A DNA stretch of 63,215 nucleotides, counting the filler, from Sluysia triapertura (lineage: Eukaryota), in NCBI GenBank assembly GCA_046118255.1. It is 5 parts of 5 records of this genome, joined end to end, with 100 filler letters (N's around TTAATTAATTAA, not from the genome) between each part and the next. Parts side by side here need not be neighbours in the genome. Positions count along the whole stretch, not along the records: positions 40,115 to 52,318 come from JBJNIA010129516.1; positions 52,419 to 63,215 come from JBJNIA010193338.1; 3 more parts are not named here. The stretch is one strand, 5' to 3'. A program made the position numbers and the translations under genes. Shown piece by piece: positions 40,441-52,651 of this stretch; within the stretch, counting starts at the first letter, position 1; the number at the start of each line of letters is the position of its first letter. The notes below the pieces were generated by a model. That model did not search any database, was not told the origin of the DNA, and saw only the letters and a program-made list of their open reading frames with translations.

Positions 40441-41074
40441 AGTATAAATCCAATCATAATTTTTGTTATGCATACAGATTCAAAATTCAATAATACATGC
40501 AATAATAATAATAATACTTAATTATTATTTCACTCTATTCTGGAATATCATACTTGAAAATATTAAAATATTACTTAAAATTAAAATATTACTTATTAAA
40601 TTTATTTAAAATATTACTAATATTATTTAAAATTTATTATAATACACATTTAAAAATTTCCATGCATTGACATTTAACATTTATATTCTATTTATAGTTT
40701 ACAGAAATATTACAGCTATTATAATATACATATATATTATAAATTTATATATTTATTACAGAAATATTACAGATATTATAATACACATATAGTTAGTTAG
40801 TCTATAGTTTACAATTACATACTGTTTCTATTTAATTTCAATTTAATATGATTTTTTTCGATTAAAAAGCTTTTAAATTTTCCTTATGTATAATTTGGCT
40901 TTTATATTCTAATTCATGTTTTTAAGACTATTTTAATCGGATTTTATATTCTTAAAATTGGATTAATTTTACTGTTATTTAAGATGATTTATTGACTACA
41001 AGAATAAGGTTTGATATATATATATATATATGAGAAATTTAAAAGTAAAGTAATAGAATAAAGCGAAAGTTTAA

Positions 41075-41122
41075 CGTGAGTTCACCAACGTACTGGGCTT
41101 ACCGGTTTGGGCCAGCCGTTGG
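41075..41122 (+). other. Structured-motif copy 4 (type A)
   Basis: CGTGAGTTCA CCAACG TA CTGG GCTTAC CGGTTTGGG CCAG C CGTTGG, followed by GTTTT. Confidence 0.6.
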
Positions 41123-43022
41123 GTTTTGTAAATCAAAAAAGTCTCAAGTGGTGCTCAAAAAAATGCTCGAGGACTTCTATGCTTAATTATACTTTTAACT
41201 ATCTGGAGGTAAGTCAGAAATATTAATTGAATTATCTTATCAAGAGTAATAATAATAATGTTAATTAAATGATTTTACGTTGATTCCTTAAAATGGAATC
41301 TATAGATTTATTTTACGTTGTTATATTTAAATTCTAACTTTGGGAGAACTTTTCTAAGCGATAGATTTTATAATTAAAACTATGTAAATTAAATTGGAAA
41401 CAAAAAAAATTAATTTCAAATTATTTATTTAGAACGTTTACTTTGGAGTGAATGACAAATAATAAAAATAACAATTTACACTAATTAACTCGTGAGTTAA
41501 TGAATAATGAGCTTCAGATTAAAACAAAATTTAGAAATTAATTTATTGAAACAAAAAAAATATTTTATAAATTTGTTCTATTTTACGTTAGTTTAATTTA
41601 AAGATTAATTTTTCAAAAGTTTAATTAAAGATTTTATATTAATTATTTTTCAAAAATAAAATTAACAAATTAGACAAAAATTATCGAAACTTACATTTAA
41701 TATAAAAATATACTCTATACTTTCCAAAAATGACAAATAATAAATAATTACAATTAAAATGACTAATATGTTAAATAAATGTGTGTCTTACAATAAATCA
41801 AATCAACAAATGTATAATCAATAAATGTATATATATTGTCTTTATAGAATCTCACTTTCACTTTATATTTAATTGTTATTTGTTATTACATTTTGAATTT
41901 ATATTAACTATATGTAATCTCATTTTAAATTGATACCAAAGCATTATAATCTTAATAATTTTTAACCAAATATTTTATTAAAAATATGTTTAAATATTAT
42001 ATTTTATTAAAACTGAATAAAATGAAGAATGAGCATTGTGTCTATATATTTTGCACTCGTCTCTGATCTAAGAAATGGAAATGCAATTTTGTTTAACAAA
42101 AGAAAATTGACGTTTTCTCCTTTAACTAAATAAAATAGATTGAACCCACTAAGATTTATACATCAAATATAAAAAATAATGAATTAACAGTTTATTATAT
42201 AAAAGGTAATTGGTATAAAGTTCGTGACAAAATAATGAAATGTACCACACGTAAAACGTCTCTAATTTCTCAAAATGTACTCACGTCGTTATTTTAGATT
42301 TATAAAAATTTTCTATTTTATCACTTTTTAAATGTTATTCTGGTTTATATAAAAAACAAAATGAATCAGTATATGTTACTAGTTGATAATTAAATACCTC
42401 GATTTTTCAATTAAAATATGTGGAATTTACTTAAGTTATGTCCTTGTCTTGTATTGACTCGAACTGGTTTGAATCAAATTAATTGGCCCTTGAAATCGAA
42501 TCAATAATTTTCTACCAATGTTGATAGTATTCATCAAGTTTTTATAATAGTGCTAGTTGTAATTTTAATCATAAACAAAATTATTTTTTATTATATAATA
42601 AAACTACTTATTTACTATTGTTTTATTTTCACTATTATTATTATATGATTGAATTATTTTTTTGTTATATAATAGAATTGCTTTTTACCTACTTGAAATT
42701 CATAATGTATTCAATTATTTTATTCAAATATCACAATAGATTTTTTAGTTATTAAGTTTATTGTTTTAATCTTAATTTATTTTGTTTAATTTTATATTAT
42801 TAACAATACAAACAAATATTTATTAGCTGATATCATGCATGTGCTACATAATTTAAATATTCCTAATTTTTCGAACACAGACTATAAAAAATTCACAAGA
42901 TTATAATTTACTACATTGTACAATTAAAATTCCAATTTTTTTTGTACAAATCGAATCGAATATAATACTGCAAGGATTTTAACTTATAAAAGTTTAACTT
43001 ATACTTGCAAAAAGATTCTGGA

Positions 43023-43077
43023 GGTGAGTTCGCCTAATAGACACGACTTAAATCTGAACGAAAGCGTTCGAATTAGG
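43023..43077 (+). other. Structured-motif copy 5 (type B)
   Basis: GGTGAGTTCG CCTAATAG ACACG ACTTAA ATCT GAACG AAAG CGTTC GAATTAGG, followed by ATTTT. Confidence 0.55.
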
Positions 43078-44082
43078 ATTTTAACGAGAAATTCCAATTG
43101 GAGTTTGATAACTTACAAAATGGTAGCATGCTATAATGTGTATTAAAACAGAATACTCGTATTGCTTCAACAGTTTGTAAATCGAAAATTAAATGTTAAG
43201 TTAGCCTTTTACGGTCTGATATATCTGTAAAAAATGTTAATTAATTTAACAATTGATTTATAAGTTCAATACGCCAAAATGTATTATCTACAAAAGAAAA
43301 ACTTTATAAATATAACTACAAACAAATGATTTATACAGGAAATATAAAGAACCAAATTTAGTATTGGTAAAAATTTCAGCACCTTAAGATTAATTCTTAG
43401 GTACAGAAAAATTTGTATTTCAGGTAGAAATTAATATATTCCCAGTTACGGTCTAGGACAAAAATTAGAAATTTAAGTAGAATTTTAAATAATTACATTA
43501 GAGTTTAATTACGATTAGAGTTTAAATTAAAATCTTATCGAAAAATCTTGTATTATTTATAGAAACTTTTATCGAGAAAACAATAAATTTATTGTAAATC
43601 CAAACATTAAAATTTCAGATGTTTATATTATAATTTTCGTCGCCATATTGGAATCCATTATTTCTGTGGTGACCTACTTTATTATTCAAAATTTTAATGC
43701 ATCACAATATACTAAAGTTTATATTTTTACAAGACCTTCATAACATCAAAAATCATTAAATTCGTGATTTGAATTTCAATATAGTAATAGTAATTTAAGT
43801 GGAATGGAATTTCTTTTAACCCCCCTTACTTCACTAACTCTCAATCACAATCTCAACCTTGAAAAGTTGTAAACAACTCGCTTGAATGTAAAAATTCCGA
43901 AGAACTAATTAATGTCGAGCTTCAAGATATTGATAACGAAAAAGAACATTCTAAATATTTTTAAATTGATGGCAAAGAAGATTTTAACAAAGAACAAAAG
44001 AACAAAGAAGATTTTAACAAGTTTTTAAGTACGGATATTTAAAGAGATAGAACATGTTTTGCAAGAGAAGAAATTTCTGTAA

Positions 44083-44118
<36 letters not shown>

Positions 44119-44450
44119 TAATTTATTTTATTTTATTATTATTATAATTATTAATTTTATCACTGCTATTTTTGATTATTATTTTTGGCAATTATTATAT
44201 TGTCAGTTTGGACAGTTTCCAATTATGTGGCTATATTGTTTGTCAGAGTTTGACCGCCTTTTAATGGAATTTTATGTAAATCTAAATGGCAACAAGAGAT
44301 TGCTCTTAATGGCTAACAAGTGCAATTATTATTATTAGTTATTCTCAATTTATTTTTCACAATGCAAATGTTTCAGTTGCAAAAATAATGGTTCAAAAAT
44401 AAACAATTGCAACTTGTGATATTTATAGATAAAATATTTTAATAAAATTA

Positions 44451-44760
44451 ATGTCGAATTTTATTAATCAAACCGAACTATCCGGTAGTCATGAACGTAT
44501 TAAAAAGATCGTTTTAGTTCAAAGTCTTATACTTAATCGATTTAAAGAAACGAATAATATGTTAAATACAGTTAATGAATTATCTAGTAGTAGGTATGAA
44601 GCCATTTCTTATGATTTAAAGAATTGATTGAATTAAAAAAAGATTTAGACAATATTTTTCTAAGAATTAACGCAATAAAAAATATCTTGACTAAAGGGCA
44701 TTCAAGTAAATACAAATTAGTTCGAACAAATAATCGTATATATGATCTAGATGAAGAACG
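44451..44760 (+). pseudogene. KXD1: KXD1 (KxDL-motif BORC subunit) copy with one frameshift
   Basis: IVLVQSLILNRFKETNNMLNTVNELSSSRY..DLK / ELIELKKDLDNIFLRINAIKNIL matches KXD1 (Q..ML.RFEKTNEML..N.LS..R....L.EMKKDLD.IF..I..IK..L). Frame shift at ~44620; no introns. Confidence 0.8.
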
Positions 44761-45635
44761 ATTTAATAATACTAAAGTTAAAGTTAATACAGCAAACGAC
44801 AATATCATTATTAGCCCTATAATATTTCTAAAAGAATCTTTGACTATCAACAGTGGATCGAAATTAATATATGCTTATTCAAACTCGTCAGATTCTTTAA
44901 TATCAGATACTAACAATGCATTAATTCTACCCGAACAATCTATATATGTAATTACAACAAATTTTATAAACAGTATTCATGAGTCAATATTTATTGCAAG
45001 CTTGTTCAATGAACCTCTTCAAACAGCTATTTCTACAGTACCGGTTATCCACATCTAATTAGTTCAAATATGTGTCCATACATCATTGTTTTACGCCATT
45101 TACTTAATAAGTAGATATGTCAAGGTATATTATTATTTTTTTTCGTACTTAATATTACATTTTGATGATGATCATTCTTGCTTTTTATTTTGTTCATGTG
45201 TTTACGTATCTTCCTAGTGTATGGACTGAAACATTTTCAATGATGAATCAACATTTATTATTTTTGTTTAATAAAACAATTTTTTATCAATTGGATAAAT
45301 ATTATGTATAATACATGTCTCAGATTTTACTTTAATTATTTTATCATTAAAATTAACCAAAGAAAGTTTAATAAATTTAAGATATTATTTGGACTAAATA
45401 AATTCATATACAACATCCTTGTAGTAATTAAATCAGAATTTTATAACAATTTTATTTCATACATTAATCAGTTAAAACTTATTCACAATAATATTATAAA
45501 AATATAATAAACCACAAAATAAATAAATGGTGTCTTTTAATGATTTATTTAAACAAATTTTTATTTAAATGTTTTATTTTTATTTTTTACTTATTTTATA
45601 AATGTCTTACTTTACTTCTGTAATTAAAAATATTG

Positions 45636-46036
45636 CCGTATTTTCCGGACTATAAGCTGCACCCAAAAACTTAAAAAGAGTCATAATTTAGGGAATGTGG
45701 TTTATACGTTGATGTTTAAAATCCTCAAAATTTCCTGACTTTAATAAATAAAAAATGTCATTTTTAATGCAAAGTCCTATTCTAATAAACTACATCGTCA
45801 TTGTGTGATATATTTGTTTAAATATTTTAAATTTCTAATAATTAATTATAATAATTTGAGTTTATTTGACGATACAATAACTTGTTTGTGGTTATTCATA
45901 CGTTACGTGAATTTACGTTTTAATAAATTAATTCAATACAGCATCTTAGCTTTAGTATTTTAATGGTGCGGCTTATACGTCAATACATTTTCTGAAAAAT
46001 ATTGGGAAGGTGCGACTTATAGTCCGGAAAGTACGG
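45636..46036. mobile_element. Tc2/pogo-type MITE, ~400 bp
   Basis: TIRs CCGTATTTTCCGGACTATAAG..GCACC / GGTGC..CTTATAGTCCGGAAAGTACGG; TA on the right, TG on the left. Confidence 0.9.
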
Positions 46037-46545
46037 TATTTAGGTAATAAAATATAATTATTAATAAATAATTCAAAATAATAATAAATAGTAAAAAAAT
46101 TTTGTCAAATTAAATTCTCAAAATGTAAATGTTATTATGTATATGTGGATGTGGCTTTATTGTTTATTTTGTAACACTTTTCCATGTGATTTGTTTTTCA
46201 CATTTTCTTTATTTTTTTACTTATATGTATAACTTTCTATACTTTTCCGGTTGAGTATGCAACTGTTTTAATGTAGGTTAATTAATGCTAATTAATGTTT
46301 TCAAATATTTCGTATCCGTGTTTTTGATTTCATATTTTGTATTAATATTATTATATTAAAATATCTCTAATTATAAGTCGAGAAGTTTGCCATAAAATTT
46401 AAAAACCATAGTTTACTTATATCAAGTTTTAACACAGATTTAGTAACTTAATGGTTTAATGATACATTCTATTAATTCCATCAGACGATTTATCTGTAGA
46501 TGATAATTAAATATTCTGAATATATTAATACTAGTGGTTTTTTAG

Positions 46546-47173
46546 GTTAAAATACTGTATGATCAAGAACAAAAAGGTCCAGTGACAGCTCTAACAAGTT
46601 GTCGAGGATTATTGGTAAGTGCTATCGGACAGAAAATGTACATATGGCAGTTACGCGATGGGGAATTAGTTGGTATTGCTTTTGTCGATACAGATAGTTA
46701 CATTTGCAGCCTATCGGTTGTCAAAGATTTGATTCTAGCTGTGGACTTAAACAAAACAGTTCAGTTGGTTCGCTTTCAACATGACTTACGAGTTTTGTCG
46801 TTAGTAAGCCGTGGTCCCCCGACAGGTTCGAAAAATATAAATACAGGAGGCAGTGTCATTACGTCGATCACCAACGATTTGCAGTTGACAAATCTGGGTT
46901 CTGTGTCTAGCTTGATATCTGGTGTGACAAGTACTTTATCACAAACTGCTTTTTTATCATGTGATATCAAACGTAATTTGATGGTACTTGGTTATGATCC
47001 AACAGATGTCAATTCTCGAAATGGACGTCAATTGGTACGTTGGGCGGACGGAAGATTGCCAGTACAATTGTTTGCATCTCTGAAATTAAACGATCGTGTT
47101 AGAGACCCATTATTTTATACTCCCAGTACGCTGCAGTTGTCACATGATGTTTTCAAACAATCCGTGTATTTTA
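46546..47173 (+). CDS. CPSF1: CPSF1/CPSF160, penultimate exon
   Basis: VKILYDQEQKGPVTALTSCRGLLVSAIGQKMYIW..IAFVDT..RVLSLVSR matches CPSF1; TTTTTAG acceptor and phase-1 GTAAGT donor. Confidence 0.93.
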
Positions 47174-47780
47174 GTAAGTTTTATTTAATGAAAATATATT
47201 AATTTCTTTAGTTGATAAACGCAATAAATTAATCGTCTGTATTAAGTTATGGATATTTTTTCAAGGTGCATCTATAATTGATTGTAATATTAATTAAACT
47301 TTTGAACCTAGGCACGTGCCTAAGGCCCGTAATTTTTGCGACCCAAAAATTAGGTTTTTAATTTTTATTTATTAGAAAAACGTGATATTCATAATTATTG
47401 CTGAAACGTATCCTTGATTGATGCAGTGGACGAGCGTTCCCGTGCTTATTGTGCATCCACGCCCGCGAGTGTCTGTGTGCCTTTATCGTGTCTTTATTAT
47501 GCACTGAAAAATAGGCCCAAATGTTACAATTACAATGTTGCCCAGAGCCCGCGTTAGCCTTGAACATGAAGTACAAAGAAATTAGATTTTATTTTTTTCT
47601 ACTGGCGAATAATTTCCGTGCAGTTTCATGCTTTAAATAATTGGTCGAGTAGAACTTAGATTCAAATTCTTAGTTTCTAATACAGCAGGGTTTTTGCCCT
47701 TATTTCAATTGTGCAAAAAGAATAATTAAGTTTTACAAAATTTAAATACTTACCAAAAATGAAATAAGGGCGGAAACTCT

Positions 47781-47841
<61 letters not shown>

Positions 47842-47885
47842 AGCAAGAATTGGTTGTTAAATAAATTAAAACCGTTATTTCTTTA

Positions 47886-48036
47886 CCACGCTAATTTTAC
47901 ATGGCGTGCCAGTCTGACCAAAATGAATATTTTGATGAAATATTATTTACAATAGAACAGTTAATTTTTGAACTCATTCGTGATGCATTTAATTCACTGA
48001 GGTCACCGGTGATCCCCATAGCATTCAACATGTTAA
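47886..48036. mobile_element. piggyBac-type MITE fragment in the CPSF1 last intron
   Basis: ccacgctaattttacatggc.tgcc.gtc..ccaaaatg shared with 12988-13028; ends GCATTCAACATG-TTAA. Confidence 0.7.
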
Positions 48037-48128
48037 AACGAATAGAAAATGTAACAATTTATAAACCAATAATTTTCTTAATTATTTATTATTTTCCCTG
48101 ACATCCAGCGATTATATTTCTATTTTAG

Positions 48129-48445
48129 GCTCAACTCTGGGTTCTGTGTACCGAATATCACCATTAAGTAGTAGTCAATTGACTGAGCTGCAGTTAGCGG
48201 AGAAGAATCTGGCTACATATGTGCATCATTATGCTGGATTGCATTATAAATCGTGCCTGCAATACAAATTCACTAGGAAAACTCTCATGAATTCTGTAGG
48301 TAATATCGCTGATGGAAATTTGTTGTATCGATTTATTGATTTACCACACAGTCAACAAATCGAGATCGCAATCAAAGCCGGAGTTACGATTGATGTTATT
48401 TTAGAAAATTTGACAGAATTATATCTGAGCACTCTGCATTTCTAA
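48129..48445 (+). CDS. CPSF1: CPSF1/CPSF160, terminal exon
   Basis: Phase-1 TTTTAG acceptor; HYAGLH.K..NIADGNLLYRF.DL...Q.EIA.K.G.T.D.ILENL..TLHF* matches the CPSF1 C-terminus. Confidence 0.92.
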
Positions 48446-50328
48446 ATCCAGTGTTTTTTTGTGTATATTGTTCGTTCTGAAGTTATAAATATGGAATTTT
48501 TTTGTTTTTTACAGATACGTTTAGTCAGTGTGTGGTCATTAAATGATTTATTTATTTTATTTATTCAGTAAAATATTATTTTCGACATGCATAAAAAATG
48601 TTCGATAATTTTATTAATAGGCTGCATCTACGCTATTTATTGAATATGAAGATAAAATATCTTCAGCAAATAATTTCTTCAAATAATTGAAATCGAATAC
48701 TAAATAATTTCAATAGATAACTGGAACAATAATCGAATACCAAAAAACTGCTATCCTATCCGAAAAATGTATGTTGCGTGAATGTAGAAGAAACATAAGA
48801 GTTTGACACTAGGATATACATTCGTGAGGGTGTAAGAAAAGAAATATCACATGTAAGTTGTAAGATAATCCAAGAAGTGAGTCTGAGTAATATTAAATAT
48901 AAATATATGGATAGAAATTAACCACAAACAATTGGGATGGTAAAAATGGTGCAAGATAAGATTATTATTATTACTATTCTCTTTCTCAATTATTATTTGA
49001 TTTAAGAAGTACATTTTCTCATGTTTTGTGGTGTTGAAATAAATAATGTATGAAAAATAATTGATGAAATTGAGAACTATCAAGTTGTTTATGATCAGAA
49101 GCGTGAATAACAAACTAAAGTTGCACGAAGAATATAAACCGATATGCAAACTTTTAATTTATAAAGTTCATACATATTTCCACCATATAATCAATAATTC
49201 ACACATTATTACCTTTACTTGATAAGCATTACTTTTTATCATATCTCTTTACAAAAATCTACAAAATTATTTTACAATTCCATTGTAACTAGAACAATTC
49301 TTTATTGTTTTATTAAGTCAGTGATTAATAAAATTGTCAAAAATATAAAAGGATTTTATAACTGGTGCCTTAAGCTAGCTCATATAATTAAAAGGTTACA
49401 TTGCAAAAATCAACTGGTTACAAATCGTAATTTTAATTAGAAGTCCTCATTGAGTTTTTTCAGACTAAATTATAAATTATTTTACTATTTAGTTGTTGGA
49501 ATCCGTTATTGCATTTTTACTTCTTTCTTTTTGAGTGATGTCATTTGTTTTTTCCTTCTTGGTTGAACTTATTTCTTCAAATAAGTTTACTTTGGCACAC
49601 ATTTCTTCCAAGTTTATATTCGGTTCTTTTTTCTCGTTAACTGATATTACTTAATGTTATCTTCATGTTTGCACCTTTACTTACACTTAGCTTATCTAAA
49701 TTTCATCTTCATCGTCTTGCTTTCCCTTCATAATCATCCAGTTTTATTAGTTGAAATTCTTGTAATACCCTTACTTCTTCGTTTATCATAATTACAAATG
49801 ACTTGTCCTTTAGTAATGTTATTTTTCTTTCAAATCTATGTTCCTTACGCTTCGTAGTCTTGTACTTTATTTAATTATTGACTGATTTTAATTTCTTACG
49901 TAATTATGACCTAATTATCTCCCCTTCTACGTTTGTGTTTTATAGTTACTAGTTCCGTCATTGTAATTATAATTATTGGATCTTCCGGTCTTTTGCTTCA
50001 CTTCCTGAAGCTATTATTATGAATAGTTCAAATTCTAGCGGATCAATGTTATTTTGATAATTTCTTTCGAATCCTTGAAAATTATTTGTACTTTGATAAA
50101 TATTTTGAAAAATTCCTATTTTTGAATGATTCATCTCTTAAAAAGTATCGGGTACTTTTATTTTTATTGCTTCAAACAACTAACATTATCTCTTTATTCG
50201 ATTCGGGACATCTCAATGCCTCTTAGTTTCTTAATTCACTCCTAAATTTACCTATTAGAGTTAAACTTAAACTCATAAGTGCAAAGCAAGTTCATGATAG
50301 CTGCATAAGGTATAAAACTTCGAATATA

Positions 50329-50801
50329 CAGTGATGTCCAAATTATTAGACTGTAACAGGAAAAATATGTTTTTTGGTTTTCTTAATAATTGCCACCCTG
50401 GTCTGGAGACTTCAGACATGAATCCCATAGAAAATCTGTGGAAGACTGTCAAAATGAGAGTTTCTACCCATTTATCTCCACCAGGATGAAACCCTGAAAA
50501 AAGTATGACATGTGCCCCAAGCTCATCCACGGTATGTCTTTAAGGAAAATACTGGATAACAAAGGAGGACAACAAAGTACTGATTTGTAGTAAATTGTGT
50601 TATCATTTCTGTATATTTTGGATCTCAGTATTTTTATCTATTATTTTATTTTCACCAGAATTTTTGGAGAAAATAGTTATTTTCAGTGACAATGTTTTTA
50701 TATACATGATTAAAAACTTGATTAATAGTTTCATAGTATCCTTGGAAAACGTTGAATTTTATCAAAAAATTGTCTTTAGTCTAATAATTTGGCCACGCCT
50801 G
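50329..50801 (+). mobile_element. Non-autonomous Tc1 deletion derivative
   Basis: TA-flanked imperfect TIRs CAG.....G.CCAAATTATTAGAC; internal SDMNPIENLWKTVK and a KGG..TKY*-like end. Confidence 0.88.
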
Positions 50802-51507
50802 TAGAGCTTCTTTTTTCTCAACTCATTTGTGAAAAATATTTTGATTGAGGATGTATCTTTGGTAATTGACTAAAATTTATAAGTGATGTTTCTTTTGTGA
50901 AGTTTAGTGATTTGCGTTTTTGTTATTAACATTTGTCGTGTTGTTAACGTCTGGAATTCTTTTATTGAATACTGGCACAGAGATTATTTATTCAGAATGC
51001 ATTTATTGTTTTTTAAAGAATAATTGGTAATTTTGTTATTTCTGTGATATTTATTTGATTATGGAATTAACATTGAATATTTTTAATAAAGACAACGTAG
51101 TTTTGAATTCTCCGCCCAGTTGTCATATTCAAACCAAAAGTCACAAAGCTCTTTTCCACGAAAACTGTCAACAAGTTGCGTTATGAACAAGTCTTTAAAT
51201 CCGTTCATAAGTATGGCTATTCTTAATGCCTCTAACGAATAAGCAGAAGTCTAATTCTAAGAAATATAGAGTTTTCTGTGTCAAAACGTGTATAAACTCG
51301 TTTAACTTTATTAATTTTACTTAAATTATATGATGTACTCTTAAATGAAGGAATTTACATATTCCTTAACCATATGTACGAATGATAGAAATATCTAACA
51401 TTTAAATTAATGGCCAAAATGGACGAATGCTATATATCTAACATTTACATAATTTAATTCCAAAGACAAATAATATTTATAAAAGCATCATGTTACACTT
51501 TATAAAA

Positions 51508-51579
51508 TGGACTGACCGGGAATCGAACACGAGCCATCTCGCTGCGCAGTTTGATCTCTACCCACTAAGCTATCAGCCC
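51508..51579 (-). pseudogene. tRNA-like sequence (tRNA pseudogene or tRNA-derived SINE head), isotype unassignable
   Basis: 72 nt: GGGCTGA/TCAGTCC acceptor stem, A box TAGCTTAGTGG, B box GTTCGATTC, then TTTT. The anticodon arm does not pair and the D and T stems have mismatches. Confidence 0.75.
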
Positions 51580-51857
51580 CGTCTAACAATTTTATTATAG
51601 TCAATATTACTATCACAATTCTTCATGGCACTTTATCCCAACAATCTCATGGACGGTAGGACTGTTCATAAAAATTGTTTAAAATGAGTTTAAAAATCGA
51701 TTTCCATAAAACTTTGCAGTTTTTATAAATTCGTATACTAAAGGTTAAATTATATAACTTCAGTAAAACAAAACATAATATAACTTCCTTATAATAAACA
51801 CAGTAGGGTTTACTATGAAACTCTAAATCAAACTTTGCAAATAAAATCAAGGAGGTG

Positions 51858-52245
51858 TATGCCTTACAAACTACTAAATAAATGAAGAACTTTAAGCATA
51901 AAGTAAGTTTAAGATTAATTAATTAAAATCTTAATTAACTTAATTAAGAAAAGTTCGTTTTTGTGAATAACGTTTGAAGCGGAATGCTATATTTGAAACT
52001 GTTTTATGGTTTGATCGAGTTCATGCAAGGAAAGCCTTAATATTGAGTAAAGTCAAATTTTAATTAATTCTTAATCATAGAATGTTGAATTTTTAATACT
52101 TAGAGTGATGCAAATGTGATGAATGGAATATGAGATGATTGCTATGGAAGAAGAGAATCTGTAAGTGAGTACGAAGTGTTTGTAAAATGGTTCGTTTGAG
52201 AATAAGAACCTTAAAACATTTTTCATTAGAACATTGGGTGCGAAA
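51858..52245 (+). mobile_element. Partial copy of LTR-like repeat (3' part of 57436-58341)
   Basis: Colinear high similarity with ~57906-58353, including the downstream ttgggtg.gaaa. Confidence 0.7.
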
Positions 52246-52651
52246 ATAGAAAATTAATTAAATAATAGAAAGTGAAATTAAATTCATTATTTTTATGTAT
52301 GTTAACAGTATTGCTGATNNNNNNNNNNNNNNNNNNNNNNNNNNNNNNNNNNNNNNNNNNNNTTAATTAATTAANNNNNNNNNNNNNNNNNNNNNNNNNN
52401 NNNNNNNNNNNNNNNNNNGATTTACCTTAAGCGCTTTTGAGTATTTTCGCGGTAGATATGAGCGCAATATAAATTAATATATTATTATTATTATTGTGAA
52501 TATGCAAAATTTCAATATTTTAAATTTTCTATGATATTTAAATTATTTTTTTATCTATAATATTAATTATCTTTTTTACAATAAAAATAATATTTATAAT
52601 TATAATTAAGCTTTATTTTCAATTTTAAGGTTTTGAGTAGCAGTTTTAAAT

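Noticed and set aside
41075-41122. Assigning the structured motif to HDV, twister, pistol or spliced-leader RNA
   Set aside because: It lacks HDV P3/L3, the twister UAA..GGUCC.AAGC..GAGGG core and pistol topology; only one copy has ATG before the donor and no canonical Sm site is conserved.
49500-51260. Possible second gag-like remnant on the minus strand around the Tc1 insertion
   Set aside because: Composition is suggestive, but no zinc knuckle or other diagnostic motif could be read.
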